From Candidatus Cacconaster caballi (GTDB lineage Bacteria; Bacteroidota; Bacteroidia; Bacteroidales; UBA932), in NCBI GenBank assembly GCA_018065695.1, contig JAGHST010000015.1:8778-72777 (forward strand): a stretch of 64,000 bases of DNA. Direction: 5' to 3'. Each line of letters opens with the position of its first letter. The first letter of the stretch is position 1. A program made the position numbers and the translations under genes. This document shows positions 9,456-17,530 of the stretch, piece after piece. The notes under the pieces were generated by a model that did no database searches, had not been told where the DNA came from, and saw only the letters and a list, made by a program, of their open reading frames with translations.

Positions 9456-11594
9456 TTATTCGCCGGAAGAACTGTCGAGCGGAAAATCTATCGGTGAGCA
9501 GGGGGCAACGGCGGACGACTCGGACTCCCGCTCTCCGGCAGGAGCGGATTCTTTCTCAACGTCTTCCACCGTATAGCATCGCAGCGCCCATTTATAGGCG
9601 GCATAAGCCCCTGAGAAGGCCAATATCACAACCAGCGCTACAAGCCACCAGTTCAGATACCAGTTCGCCCTAACCTTGAAGCTGGCCAGAAGTGCAAAAT
9701 CGGTCCATTGCGCATTTTTCGTGGAGCAACTGCCATAGACTCTGTATCTTCCCGGGCAAGGCGAGACAAATTCAAGCGACGGTGTGTCGGAATATACGAC
9801 TGTCTCTCCGCGCGGGCCCTCTATCCGCAGCCGGAACTGTCTGACGGCATAATGGTATTGCGCTGAGCGGACATTGAAATTCAGCCGTATGCGTTCTGCC
9901 GAGACCGGAACCTTCAATTTCGCAACGTTTGGAATCAGTTTGCCATCCACCTCCACAGTGCCGGATTCGAGAATCAGATTCTCTTCATTTTCCACTATGA
10001 TTTCCGTGTCGAGGTCATCCGCGATAAAGAAACTGTTCTCTGACGGATTATATACCACCGGGAAGGCACCTGTCTCAATCCAGACGTTCCCGCTCCCGTC
10101 ACTGAGCACCTTTCCGGCATATTTTACAAAGTCGTTCTCTACAAAAGAGAATTTTTCCTCCACCGTATCGTACAGGCCGAGGCCGTCTGTCGTCGCTATC
10201 CATATTATGTCGCCGGCTCCCGGCAAAATGCCGTTGATTCTCTTAGCGGGACCTATATCGAAAATGGTGCGGACGGTGGTAGCCTCCCGCTCTGGAGTGA
10301 AGATATATCTTGAATTGTGGAAATATTTTCCTCTTGCCCCACCTGCACTCTGATAAATCGGGCCCTGCCCTGTCACCTCCTTCGGAATCCTGAATTCGGT
10401 CACTGCTTTCTTGTACGGTTCGAAAAGGAAGAGTTGATGGTCATTATGGATGTATATGCTGCCTCCCGCTCCTGCGGAGAGTTTCTGATCCACCTGGGTG
10501 TTGGCGGTTTCCAGCGGTCCGTATCCGAAAGAAAAAGGCCGTCCGTCAGACGTGAAGAAGCCGTCGGGGTATTTGTAGAGCAGCTCCCTTCCGTCAGGAA
10601 GCGCAATTTCCGGCAGAAAGCTCGCATCATCAGGCCTTGCGAAAACAGAAGAATTCATACCGCCGACGAGAATCGCACCGCCAGCGGCAGTGCCGGCCAT
10701 CACAGGACCACCCTCTGCCACCGACATCGTTGTCACCTTCGGACTTTGGAGGACATTGAACATCCTCGCGGCAGGATCATAAACGGATATGCCTCCGCCG
10801 TCTGTCCCCATCCATATATTCCCCTCATATTCACAGAAGCACAGGACAGTGTTGCAACTCAGGCCGGAGTTGGCCGTGTCGAAGAACAGTGTCCTTACGA
10901 ATTCCCGGTTGAAGCACTCCACGCCACGGCCGAAAACCGAGCGCCACAGGTTGCCTTGCGAATCTACGAAAAGGGAGGATGAACGTCCCTGAATCGAGCC
11001 TACCTTCTCGAGTTCACCGGAAGAAGGCTTGAATATGAAAGCACCCGATTCCCTGCTGAAAAGCAGAATTTCTCCTTCCTGCCGGCGGAACATCGAATTG
11101 ACGGAAAATCCGGTACCTTGTGAGAAGGTGGCGGCCACCTCGATGTCTCCTGTCGAATATTCAACCCTGAAAAGAGTGTCAGTGGCTCCGAAGTAGCAAC
11201 CTCTCCCGTCCGCGAGTGCGGAGAAGGCCTTTATGCCGGTCCTCTTGAAATTGTTCGCAAGGGGGTTCCACAGGGCGATACCTCCATCTGTCATCACCCA
11301 GGTGTTGCCGGAAAAATCTTCAATCACCTGATATATTTTATTGCCGGGGATAGTGTTGTTGTCTCCCGGCTCGAAGCGATAGTGACTCGATGTATAATTG
11401 TCGCATCGCACGAGTCCTTCCTCCGTTCCGAACCAATAGCCTCCCGAAGATGACTGGCAGATGGAAACGACTTTTGACGGAAATCTGCCTCCGATCTCAT
11501 ACTGCCTGAGCGGAAAATTGCCGGCCAAAGCTTCAGCGCCCATCAAGACAAGCACGGTTGCAAGCAAAGTCGGAAATGACATTCTCTTTTTCAT
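9456..11594 (-). CDS. membrane-anchored periplasmic sensor-domain protein (Reg_prop beta-propeller plus Y_Y_Y) without kinase or regulator output
   Basis: Signal peptide MKKRMSFPTLLATVLVLMGAEA. Repeated propeller blades (GGYWFGTEEGL, GNTWVMTDGGI, GNIWMGTDGGGI, DIIWIATTDGLGL, GNVWIETG). Y_Y_Y-like module (YHYAVRQFRLRIEG...YRVYG). One TM (WWLVALVVILAFSGAYAAY), then a 45-aa acidic tail. The stop is 21 nt before the next ORF. Confidence 0.8.
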   Translation of the reverse strand: MKKRMSFPTLLATVLVLMGAEALAGNFPLRQYEIGGRFPSKVVSICQSSSGGYWFGTEEGLVRCDNYTSSHYRFEPGDNNTIPGNKIYQVIEDFSGNTWVMTDGGIALWNPLANNFKRTGIKAFSALADGRGCYFGATDTLFRVEYSTGDIEVAATFSQGTGFSVNSMFRRQEGEILLFSRESGAFIFKPSSGELEKVGSIQGRSSSLFVDSQGNLWRSVFGRGVECFNREFVRTLFFDTANSGLSCNTVLCFCEYEGNIWMGTDGGGISVYDPAARMFNVLQSPKVTTMSVAEGGPVMAGTAAGGAILVGGMNSSVFARPDDASFLPEIALPDGRELLYKYPDGFFTSDGRPFSFGYGPLETANTQVDQKLSAGAGGSIYIHNDHQLFLFEPYKKAVTEFRIPKEVTGQGPIYQSAGGARGKYFHNSRYIFTPEREATTVRTIFDIGPAKRINGILPGAGDIIWIATTDGLGLYDTVEEKFSFVENDFVKYAGKVLSDGSGNVWIETGAFPVVYNPSENSFFIADDLDTEIIVENEENLILESGTVEVDGKLIPNVAKLKVPVSAERIRLNFNVRSAQYHYAVRQFRLRIEGPRGETVVYSDTPSLEFVSPCPGRYRVYGSCSTKNAQWTDFALLASFKVRANWYLNWWLVALVVILAFSGAYAAYKWALRCYTVEDVEKESAPAGERESESSAVAPCSPIDFPLDSSSGE

Positions 11595-11622
11595 CTTCAG
11601 GTCAGAATCAGGCAGTTTCAGG

Positions 11623-11655
11623 CAAATTTAATTAAATAATCCTGAAGTCTGCAAA
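11623..11655 (-). promoter_or_regulatory. promoter of the sensor/EEP/HAD/EEP operon
   Basis: On the minus strand: -33 TTTG (11652-11655), 21-nt spacer, exact -7 TAAATTTG (11623-11630). Confidence 0.5.
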
Positions 11656-11684
11656 ATAAAAGGAGGAATCCGAAGATTCCTCCT
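11651..11684 (-). terminator. Rho-independent terminator after tRNA(CAT)
   Basis: Perfect 10-bp stem AGGAGGAATC/GATTCCTCCT with a TTCG loop (minus-strand reading), followed by TTTTATTTT. Confidence 0.85.
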
Positions 11685-11686
11685 TG

Positions 11687-11760
11687 TGGTCCCAGCAGGG
11701 CATGATCCTGCGACCCCCTGATTATGAGTCAGATGCTCTAACCAACTGAGCTATGGGACC
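11687..11760 (-). tRNA. tRNA with CAT anticodon (elongator Met or lysidine-dependent Ile2)
   Basis: 74-nt cloverleaf: GGTCCCA TA GCTC AGTTGGTTA GAGC A TCTGA CTCATAA TCAGG GGGTC GCAGG ATCATGC CCTGC TGGGACC A. No encoded CCA. The T loop is non-canonical (see findings). Confidence 0.8.
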
Positions 11761-11852
11761 GGAAACTATCTATTATGTACAAAGCGTAACTAAAGATAAT
11801 CTTTCCAGAACGCCGGCTGTACCCGGCAGCGTTCAGACCGGGAATATTACTG

Positions 11853-12158
11853 TCAAACTTTGATTTCAACCTCTACACCGCTCGGAAGTTCGAGTTTCAT
11901 CAGAGCGTCAACTGTCTTCGGAGTTGAGCTGTAGATGTCGAGGAGACGGCGGAAAGAATTGAGTTCGAACTGCTCACGCGCTTTCTTGTTTACAAAGGTG
12001 GAGCGGTTTACGGTAAAGATCTTCTGGTCTGTAGGAAGAGGAATAGGACCGCTTACAACAGCACCTGTAGCCTTTACAGTCTTTACGATCTTGTCTGCTG
12101 ACTTGTCAACGAGAGCGTGGTCGTAAGATTTCAGTTTAATTCTAATTTTCTGGCTCAT
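11853..12158 (-). CDS. rpsJ: 30S ribosomal protein S10
   Basis: 101 aa, [25 protein letters not shown]...[12 protein letters not shown]. Confidence 0.97.
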   Translation of the reverse strand: MSQKIRIKLKSYDHALVDKSADKIVKTVKATGAVVSGPIPLPTDQKIFTVNRSTFVNKKAREQFELNSFRRLLDIYSSTPKTVDALMKLELPSGVEVEIKV

Positions 12159-12179
12159 TTATTTTTTTACTTTGCAAAT

Positions 12180-14300
12180 TTACGAAAATTCTTCGTCATA
12201 GTACATAGAACGGCCACCTTGTTTGTCTATCACCTCCTTGGCGATATTGCCAGGGACTTCTGCATAGTGCGAGAAGCTCATAGTGCTGGTCGCGCGACCC
12301 GAAGTGAGGGTGCGCAATACAGTGACGTAGCCAAACTGCTCCGCAAGCGGAACTTTTGCCTTGACGATTCTGGCATTGCCTTTTGAATCCATATCAACTA
12401 TCTGACCACGGCGGCGGTTGACATCACCCACGACATCTCCCATATATTCTTCAGGCGTTACCACATCCAGAGACATAATCGGCTCCATAAGAACCGGAGC
12501 GCACTTGGCGAGAGCCTTGCGGAATGCCATACGTGCACATATCTCGAATGAGAGAGCATCTGAATCCACAGGATGGAAGCTGCCGTCCAGAAGGCGGACC
12601 TTGAGGTTGGTGACTTCGTATCCTGCAAGTACACCGTTTGCCATTGCCGACTTGAAGCCTTTCTCGACCGAAGGGATGTATTCGCGCGGGACGTTTCCAC
12701 CCTTGACCTCGTCGATGAACTGAAGTCCGCTGACGCCTTCGTCGGCCGGACCGATTTCGACAACGATGTCAGCGAATTTGCCTCGACCGCCTGTCTGCTT
12801 CTTGAATACCTCACGATGCTGGACACTCTTTGTGATTGCCTCCTTGTAGTTGACCTGAGGAGCACCCTGATTGATTTCCACACCGAACTCGCGGCGAAGC
12901 CTGTCAACAATGATGTCGAGATGAAGCTCACCCATTCCGCTGATGATGGTCTGGCCTGTTTCAGCGTTTGTTGCGACAGTGAACGTAGGATCCTCTTCAG
13001 CCAGCTTTCCGAGAGCAATGCCGAGTTTGTCAAGATCCTGCTGCGTCTTCGGCTCGACGGCAAGACCGATCACAGGATCAGGGAATGTCATCGATTCGAG
13101 CATTACAGGATGCTTTTCATCACATACGGTATCTCCGGTATGCAACTCCTTGAAGCCCACTGCAGCGCAGATATCACCCGCCTCAACGAAATCGATAGGG
13201 TTCTGCTTGTTGGAGTGCATCTGGTAAAGTCTGGCAACACGCTCTTTTTTGCCGGAGCGTGTATTGTATATGTACGAGCCTGCATCCAGTTTCCCGGAAT
13301 AAGCTCTGATAAAGGCTAAACGACCAACATACGGATCTGTGGCGATCTTGAACACGAGACCGCAGAACGGCTCGCTGCTGAGCGGCTGGCGCTCGATTTC
13401 CTGATTGGTGCGGACGTCCGTACCCTTGACACTTCCCTTGTCGAGAGGTGAAGGGAGATAGCGCATAACTGAATCGAGCAGGAACTGCACGCCCTTGTTC
13501 TTGAATGAGGAGCCGCAGCAGGTAGGGACAACGGCCATATCGATAGTGGCTTTTCTCAAAGCCTCTATGATGTCACCCTCGGAAATGGAGTCGGGATCTT
13601 CGAAAAACTTTTCAAGAATCGTGTCGTTGTATTCGGCAATCGATTCTATGAGTTTGCTTCTCCACTCCTCGACTTCAGAGACCATATTCTGAGGAACGTC
13701 CTTTATCTCATAGTTCACAAGGTCCTTGCTGTTGTTGTAGTAGTATGCCTTGCGGGAGATGAGATCCACCAGACCTTCGAAATTGTCTTCTGCTCCGATA
13801 GGGATGCAGATAGGTATCGAACGTGCTCCGAGTTTTTCGTTTATTTCATCCACGACAGCGAAGAAATCCGCACCAGTACGGTCCATCTTGTTGACATAGG
13901 CAATCTTCGGCACACGATACTTGTCTGCCTGACGCCATACGGTTTCGGACTGGGGCTGCACGCGGCCCACTGCACAGAAAGTGGCGATGGTACCGTCAAG
14001 GACACGGAGGCTGCGTTCCACTTCGACAGTGAAATCGACGTGCCCCGGAGTGTCGATGAGATTGATCTGGTACTGCTGATCGCCGTATTTCCAGAAAGCG
14101 GTGGTAGCAGCGGAAGTGATGGTAATGCCACGCTCCTGCTCCTGAACCATCCAGTCCATAGTTGCCGCCCCTTCGTGCACCTCTCCAATCTTGTGGGTCT
14201 TGCCCGTATAGTAGAGAATGCGCTCGGAAGTGGTGGTTTTACCGGCATCGATGTGAGCCATTATGCCGATGTTCCTGGTATATTTGAGATCTCTTGCCAT
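12180..14300 (-). CDS. fusA: elongation factor G
   Basis: 706 aa with GTPase motifs [18 protein letters not shown]. Full EF-G domain order. Confidence 0.97.
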   Translation of the reverse strand: MARDLKYTRNIGIMAHIDAGKTTTSERILYYTGKTHKIGEVHEGAATMDWMVQEQERGITITSAATTAFWKYGDQQYQINLIDTPGHVDFTVEVERSLRVLDGTIATFCAVGRVQPQSETVWRQADKYRVPKIAYVNKMDRTGADFFAVVDEINEKLGARSIPICIPIGAEDNFEGLVDLISRKAYYYNNSKDLVNYEIKDVPQNMVSEVEEWRSKLIESIAEYNDTILEKFFEDPDSISEGDIIEALRKATIDMAVVPTCCGSSFKNKGVQFLLDSVMRYLPSPLDKGSVKGTDVRTNQEIERQPLSSEPFCGLVFKIATDPYVGRLAFIRAYSGKLDAGSYIYNTRSGKKERVARLYQMHSNKQNPIDFVEAGDICAAVGFKELHTGDTVCDEKHPVMLESMTFPDPVIGLAVEPKTQQDLDKLGIALGKLAEEDPTFTVATNAETGQTIISGMGELHLDIIVDRLRREFGVEINQGAPQVNYKEAITKSVQHREVFKKQTGGRGKFADIVVEIGPADEGVSGLQFIDEVKGGNVPREYIPSVEKGFKSAMANGVLAGYEVTNLKVRLLDGSFHPVDSDALSFEICARMAFRKALAKCAPVLMEPIMSLDVVTPEEYMGDVVGDVNRRRGQIVDMDSKGNARIVKAKVPLAEQFGYVTVLRTLTSGRATSTMSFSHYAEVPGNIAKEVIDKQGGRSMYYDEEFS

Positions 14301-14309
14301 CCGTTGGAA

Positions 14310-14786
14310 TTAGAAGCGGAAATGTGCGAAGGCCTTGTTAGCTTCGGCCATTCTATGCATATCCTCTTTTCTCTTGTATGCTGCACCTTCGCAATTGTAT
14401 GCAGCCATTATTTCTGCAGCCAACTTTTCAGCCATGGAGTGGCCTGAACGTTTGCGCGCGAAAAGTACCATATTCTTCATACTGAGAGAGACTTTTCTTT
14501 CAGGACGCACCTCCATAGGCACTTGGAAGTTCGCACCACCTACTCTGCGGCTCTTTACCTCGACCTGCGGAGTAATGTTTTCAAGTGCTTTTTTCCAAAT
14601 ATCGAGAGGAGCCTGCTCAGAATCTTTCATCTTCTCGCCGATCATATCGATCGCATCGTAAAAAATAGAATAAGCGATACTCTTCTTCCCCTGCAGCATA
14701 AGGTTGTTCACGAAACGGGTAACCTGTACGTCGTGAAACTTAGGATCAGGAAGTAGAATCCTCTTTTTAGGCTTCGTTTTTCTCAT
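14310..14786 (-). CDS. rpsG: 30S ribosomal protein S7
   Basis: 158 aa, typical S7 sequence (PDPKF...[16 protein letters not shown]). Confidence 0.97.
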   Translation of the reverse strand: MRKTKPKKRILLPDPKFHDVQVTRFVNNLMLQGKKSIAYSIFYDAIDMIGEKMKDSEQAPLDIWKKALENITPQVEVKSRRVGGANFQVPMEVRPERKVSLSMKNMVLFARKRSGHSMAEKLAAEIMAAYNCEGAAYKRKEDMHRMAEANKAFAHFRF

Positions 14787-14822
14787 TTTTTGAAAATTTA
14801 AAGAATGTTGATTGAAAAAGTG

Positions 14823-15206
14823 TTACTTCTTAGCCTTCTTCGGACGTTTTGCACCATAGAGAGAACGTGACTGAGTACGCCCCTCTACGCCAGCAGTATC
14901 CAAAGCTCCTCTAAGAATGTGGTAGCGAACACCCGGGAGGTCTTTCACACGACCGCCACGAACAAGCACGATGCTGTGTTCCTGAAGATTGTGACCCTCG
15001 CCAGGGATGTATGCATTGACCTCTTTCTGGTTGGTGAGTCTAACGCGGGCTACTTTACGCATAGCTGAGTTAGGCTTCTTAGGGGTGGTTGTGTAAACAC
15101 GTACACATACACCTCTTCTCTGAGGGCAAGCATCCAACGCGCGAGATTTGCTTTTCTCTACGATAACCTCGCGGCCTTTGCGAACTAATTGTTGAATTGT
15201 TGGCAT
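14823..15206 (-). CDS. rpsL: 30S ribosomal protein S12
   Basis: 127 aa, [12 protein letters not shown]...[17 protein letters not shown]...[15 protein letters not shown]. Confidence 0.97.
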   Translation of the reverse strand: MPTIQQLVRKGREVIVEKSKSRALDACPQRRGVCVRVYTTTPKKPNSAMRKVARVRLTNQKEVNAYIPGEGHNLQEHSIVLVRGGRVKDLPGVRYHILRGALDTAGVEGRTQSRSLYGAKRPKKAKK

Positions 15207-15259
15207 AAATAGTTGTTAATCTTTTATTTATGTTTTTGTCCCCACTTTTTGCGGGGTTG

Positions 15260-15290
15260 CAAAGATAGAACAAAAATTCCTAATTACAAA
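15260..15290 (-). promoter_or_regulatory. rpsL (str operon) promoter
   Basis: Minus strand: -33 TTTG (15287-15290), 19-nt spacer, exact -7 TATCTTTG (15260-15267). A 6-bp hairpin CCCCGC-AAAAA-GTGGGG (15239-15255) lies in the predicted leader. Confidence 0.55.
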
Positions 15291-16525
15291 CAAGTTTTTA
15301 ACAAATATAGCTTGTCGCTGCGGCGAACCGCCTGACTTACGGGGATGGAACACAGGTCACCCTTTGCGGCACTCTCCACATTTTTGAGGTCCACCCTTAT
15401 TTCAGGAACGGTATATTCCACCACCCCTGTGGTCGGTCCGCAGATGAGCATATTGTCCCCCACTTTGAAGGATTCCGATTCGACAAGTACCTCGGCGACG
15501 GAGAGTTTGCTGAAGTAATTGGTGATCTTGCCGACATAAACTTTGGTGCGGGTGGCCTTGTTGCCATAGACGTCGCTCCACTGGCCAAGTCTCGCACCCT
15601 GATAACAACCGTCCCAGAAGCCCCGGTTGAAGACGGTGGCGAGTTCTTCCTTGAGGGCGGCAGCCAGCTCCGGGGTATATTCTCCGGCCAGAACGGCATC
15701 GGCCCCCCTGCGGTATACGCGTGTGACCGTCTTGACGTATTCGCTGCTGCGGGCGCGTCCCTCTATCTTGAACACGGTCACTCCGGCATCGATGATTCTG
15801 TCCATAAACTCTATGGTGCAGAGGTCCTTCGGAGACATAATATATTTGTTGTCGATATGCAGCTTGTTGCCGGTTTCGAGGTCTGTCACCTCGTAGCCGC
15901 GACGGCATATCTGATAGCAGGCTCCCCTGTTGGCTGATGCGCCGTATTCGTGCAGTGAGAGGTAGCACTTGCCCGATATGGCCATACAGAGAGCTCCGTG
16001 GCAGAACATCTCTATCTCCAACGGGCGTCCGGAGGGGCCCTTGATGCCTTCGGACTCGATGGCGCGGCTTATCTGTTTCACCTGTCCCAGATTGAGCTCG
16101 CGCGCAAGCACCACCACGTCTGCAAACCGGCTGTAGAACCTGAGGCTCTCGGTGTTGGAGATGCTGAGCTGCGTGGAAATGTGCACTTCTATCCCGAGTT
16201 CCCGGGCATAGGCGATTGCAGCCATATCCGAAGCGATGACAGCGCTCACTCCCGCCTCTTTCGCCGAGCGGAGCGCCACTCTCATATCTTCAAGGTCCTC
16301 GTCATAGAATACGATATTGACCGTCAAGTATGATTTCACACCGTACTGACGGCAGATGTCACACACCTTCTGAAGATCTTCCGGAGCGAAATTGTTCGCC
16401 GAATGGGAACGCATATTGAGCCGTCCGACTCCGAAATATACGGAATCGGCACCTCCCTGAATGGCAGCCATCAGGCATTCAAAGTTGCCTGCAGGAGCCA
16501 TTATCTCCAGTTTCTTATTTTTCAC
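15284..16525 (-). CDS. U32-family protein (peptidase U32 / Fe-S hydroxylase-like)
   Basis: 413 aa with N-terminal LEIMAPAGNFE...GADSVYFG and U32 signature EMFCHGALCMAISGKCYLS plus downstream Cys pair (GACYQICRR). Confidence 0.85.
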   Translation of the reverse strand: MKNKKLEIMAPAGNFECLMAAIQGGADSVYFGVGRLNMRSHSANNFAPEDLQKVCDICRQYGVKSYLTVNIVFYDEDLEDMRVALRSAKEAGVSAVIASDMAAIAYARELGIEVHISTQLSISNTESLRFYSRFADVVVLARELNLGQVKQISRAIESEGIKGPSGRPLEIEMFCHGALCMAISGKCYLSLHEYGASANRGACYQICRRGYEVTDLETGNKLHIDNKYIMSPKDLCTIEFMDRIIDAGVTVFKIEGRARSSEYVKTVTRVYRRGADAVLAGEYTPELAAALKEELATVFNRGFWDGCYQGARLGQWSDVYGNKATRTKVYVGKITNYFSKLSVAEVLVESESFKVGDNMLICGPTTGVVEYTVPEIRVDLKNVESAAKGDLCSIPVSQAVRRSDKLYLLKTCL

Positions 16526-17492
16526 GGCCTATGATTTTTTCTGCGAAGAAGCCGAGACGGGCAGTCTGTTCTTCGTTCAGGCCGGCAGGAGCGAGAGCGT
16601 TCATCGCCTTGCTGTAATAATCTCCTATCACACTGAGGGCGGCATCCTTCACGCCGGTCTCGACATATAACTGCTGCATCTGCTGTATCTTGGTCTCTTT
16701 CTGCCAGAGCCCTATCGACATTATTTCGCTCAGCCGGGCCTTCTGCGCCGAATCCGCTCTCTTGAAAGCCTCCACGAGAAGCCAGGTTTTCTTGTTGTTT
16801 GCGATGTCTCCGCCTATCTTCTTTCCGAACACTTTCTCATCTCCGAAAGTGTCGAGATAGTCGTCCGTGATTTGAAACGCCATACCAAGCTGATAGCCGT
16901 AATCGTAGAGAGCGTTGCACTCTTTCTGAGGACGCCCCGCCATAATGGCGCCCATCTTGGCCGAGCAGGCGAGAAGAACAGCTGTCTTCAGAGAAATCAT
17001 CCCGAGATAGTCATCCATCGTGATGAAGGACTTGTTCTCGAAATCCATATCTAGCTGCTGGCCTTCACACACTTCAATGGCGGTTTTGGTGAACAGGTCA
17101 TAGACCTCACTCTTGCAGAAGGAAGGACACTCCGCCAGATATTTGTAGGAGAGAATGAACATCACGTCTCCCGACAGCAGTGCGACGTTGTCGTTCCATT
17201 TCTTGTGTACGGTGGGCTGTCCTCGTCGGGTGTCCGACTTGTCCATAATGTCGTCGTGAATCAGCGTGAACTCGTGAAACACCTCCAGTGCAAAGGCTGG
17301 GAAAATGACGTTTCTGTCCAAATTGTTCGAATACAGATTGTATATGATAAGACACAATATCGGACGCACCCTTTTTCCACCGATAGACAGCATATAGTCT
17401 ATAGGTGCGTAGAGATTGGCGGGCTGACTGGGATGGTTGACAACCTTGGCGCTTTTCTCCACGATTTTTTCTATTTCCTGAAATGAAAGCAT
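16515..17492 (-). CDS. polyprenyl diphosphate synthase
   Basis: FARM LIHDDIMD and SARM ITDDYLD. ATG 17490-17492 is preferred over the TTG at 17513. 11-nt overlap with the U32 gene. Confidence 0.85.
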   Translation of the reverse strand: MLSFQEIEKIVEKSAKVVNHPSQPANLYAPIDYMLSIGGKRVRPILCLIIYNLYSNNLDRNVIFPAFALEVFHEFTLIHDDIMDKSDTRRGQPTVHKKWNDNVALLSGDVMFILSYKYLAECPSFCKSEVYDLFTKTAIEVCEGQQLDMDFENKSFITMDDYLGMISLKTAVLLACSAKMGAIMAGRPQKECNALYDYGYQLGMAFQITDDYLDTFGDEKVFGKKIGGDIANNKKTWLLVEAFKRADSAQKARLSEIMSIGLWQKETKIQQMQQLYVETGVKDAALSVIGDYYSKAMNALAPAGLNEEQTARLGFFAEKIIGREK

Positions 17493-17499
17493 AACTCCG

Positions 17500-17526
17500 C
17501 AAAAATAATACAATTTGCTATATTTG
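17500..17526. promoter_or_regulatory. back-to-back -7 boxes for polyprenyl synthase (minus) and rsgA (plus)
   Basis: Minus TATTTTTG (17500-17507), 7 nt from its ATG. Plus TATATTTG (17519-17526), 4 nt from the rsgA ATG. Both are exact TAnnTTTG. Confidence 0.5.
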
Positions 17527-17530
17527 CAAT

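Noticed and set aside
9456-9600. Sensor-domain protein as a freshly truncated HTCS pseudogene
   Set aside because: The downstream 21 nt lead directly into the next intact gene, so no kinase remnant exists. I therefore treat it as a bona fide stand-alone protein, although ancestral truncation cannot be excluded without comparative data.
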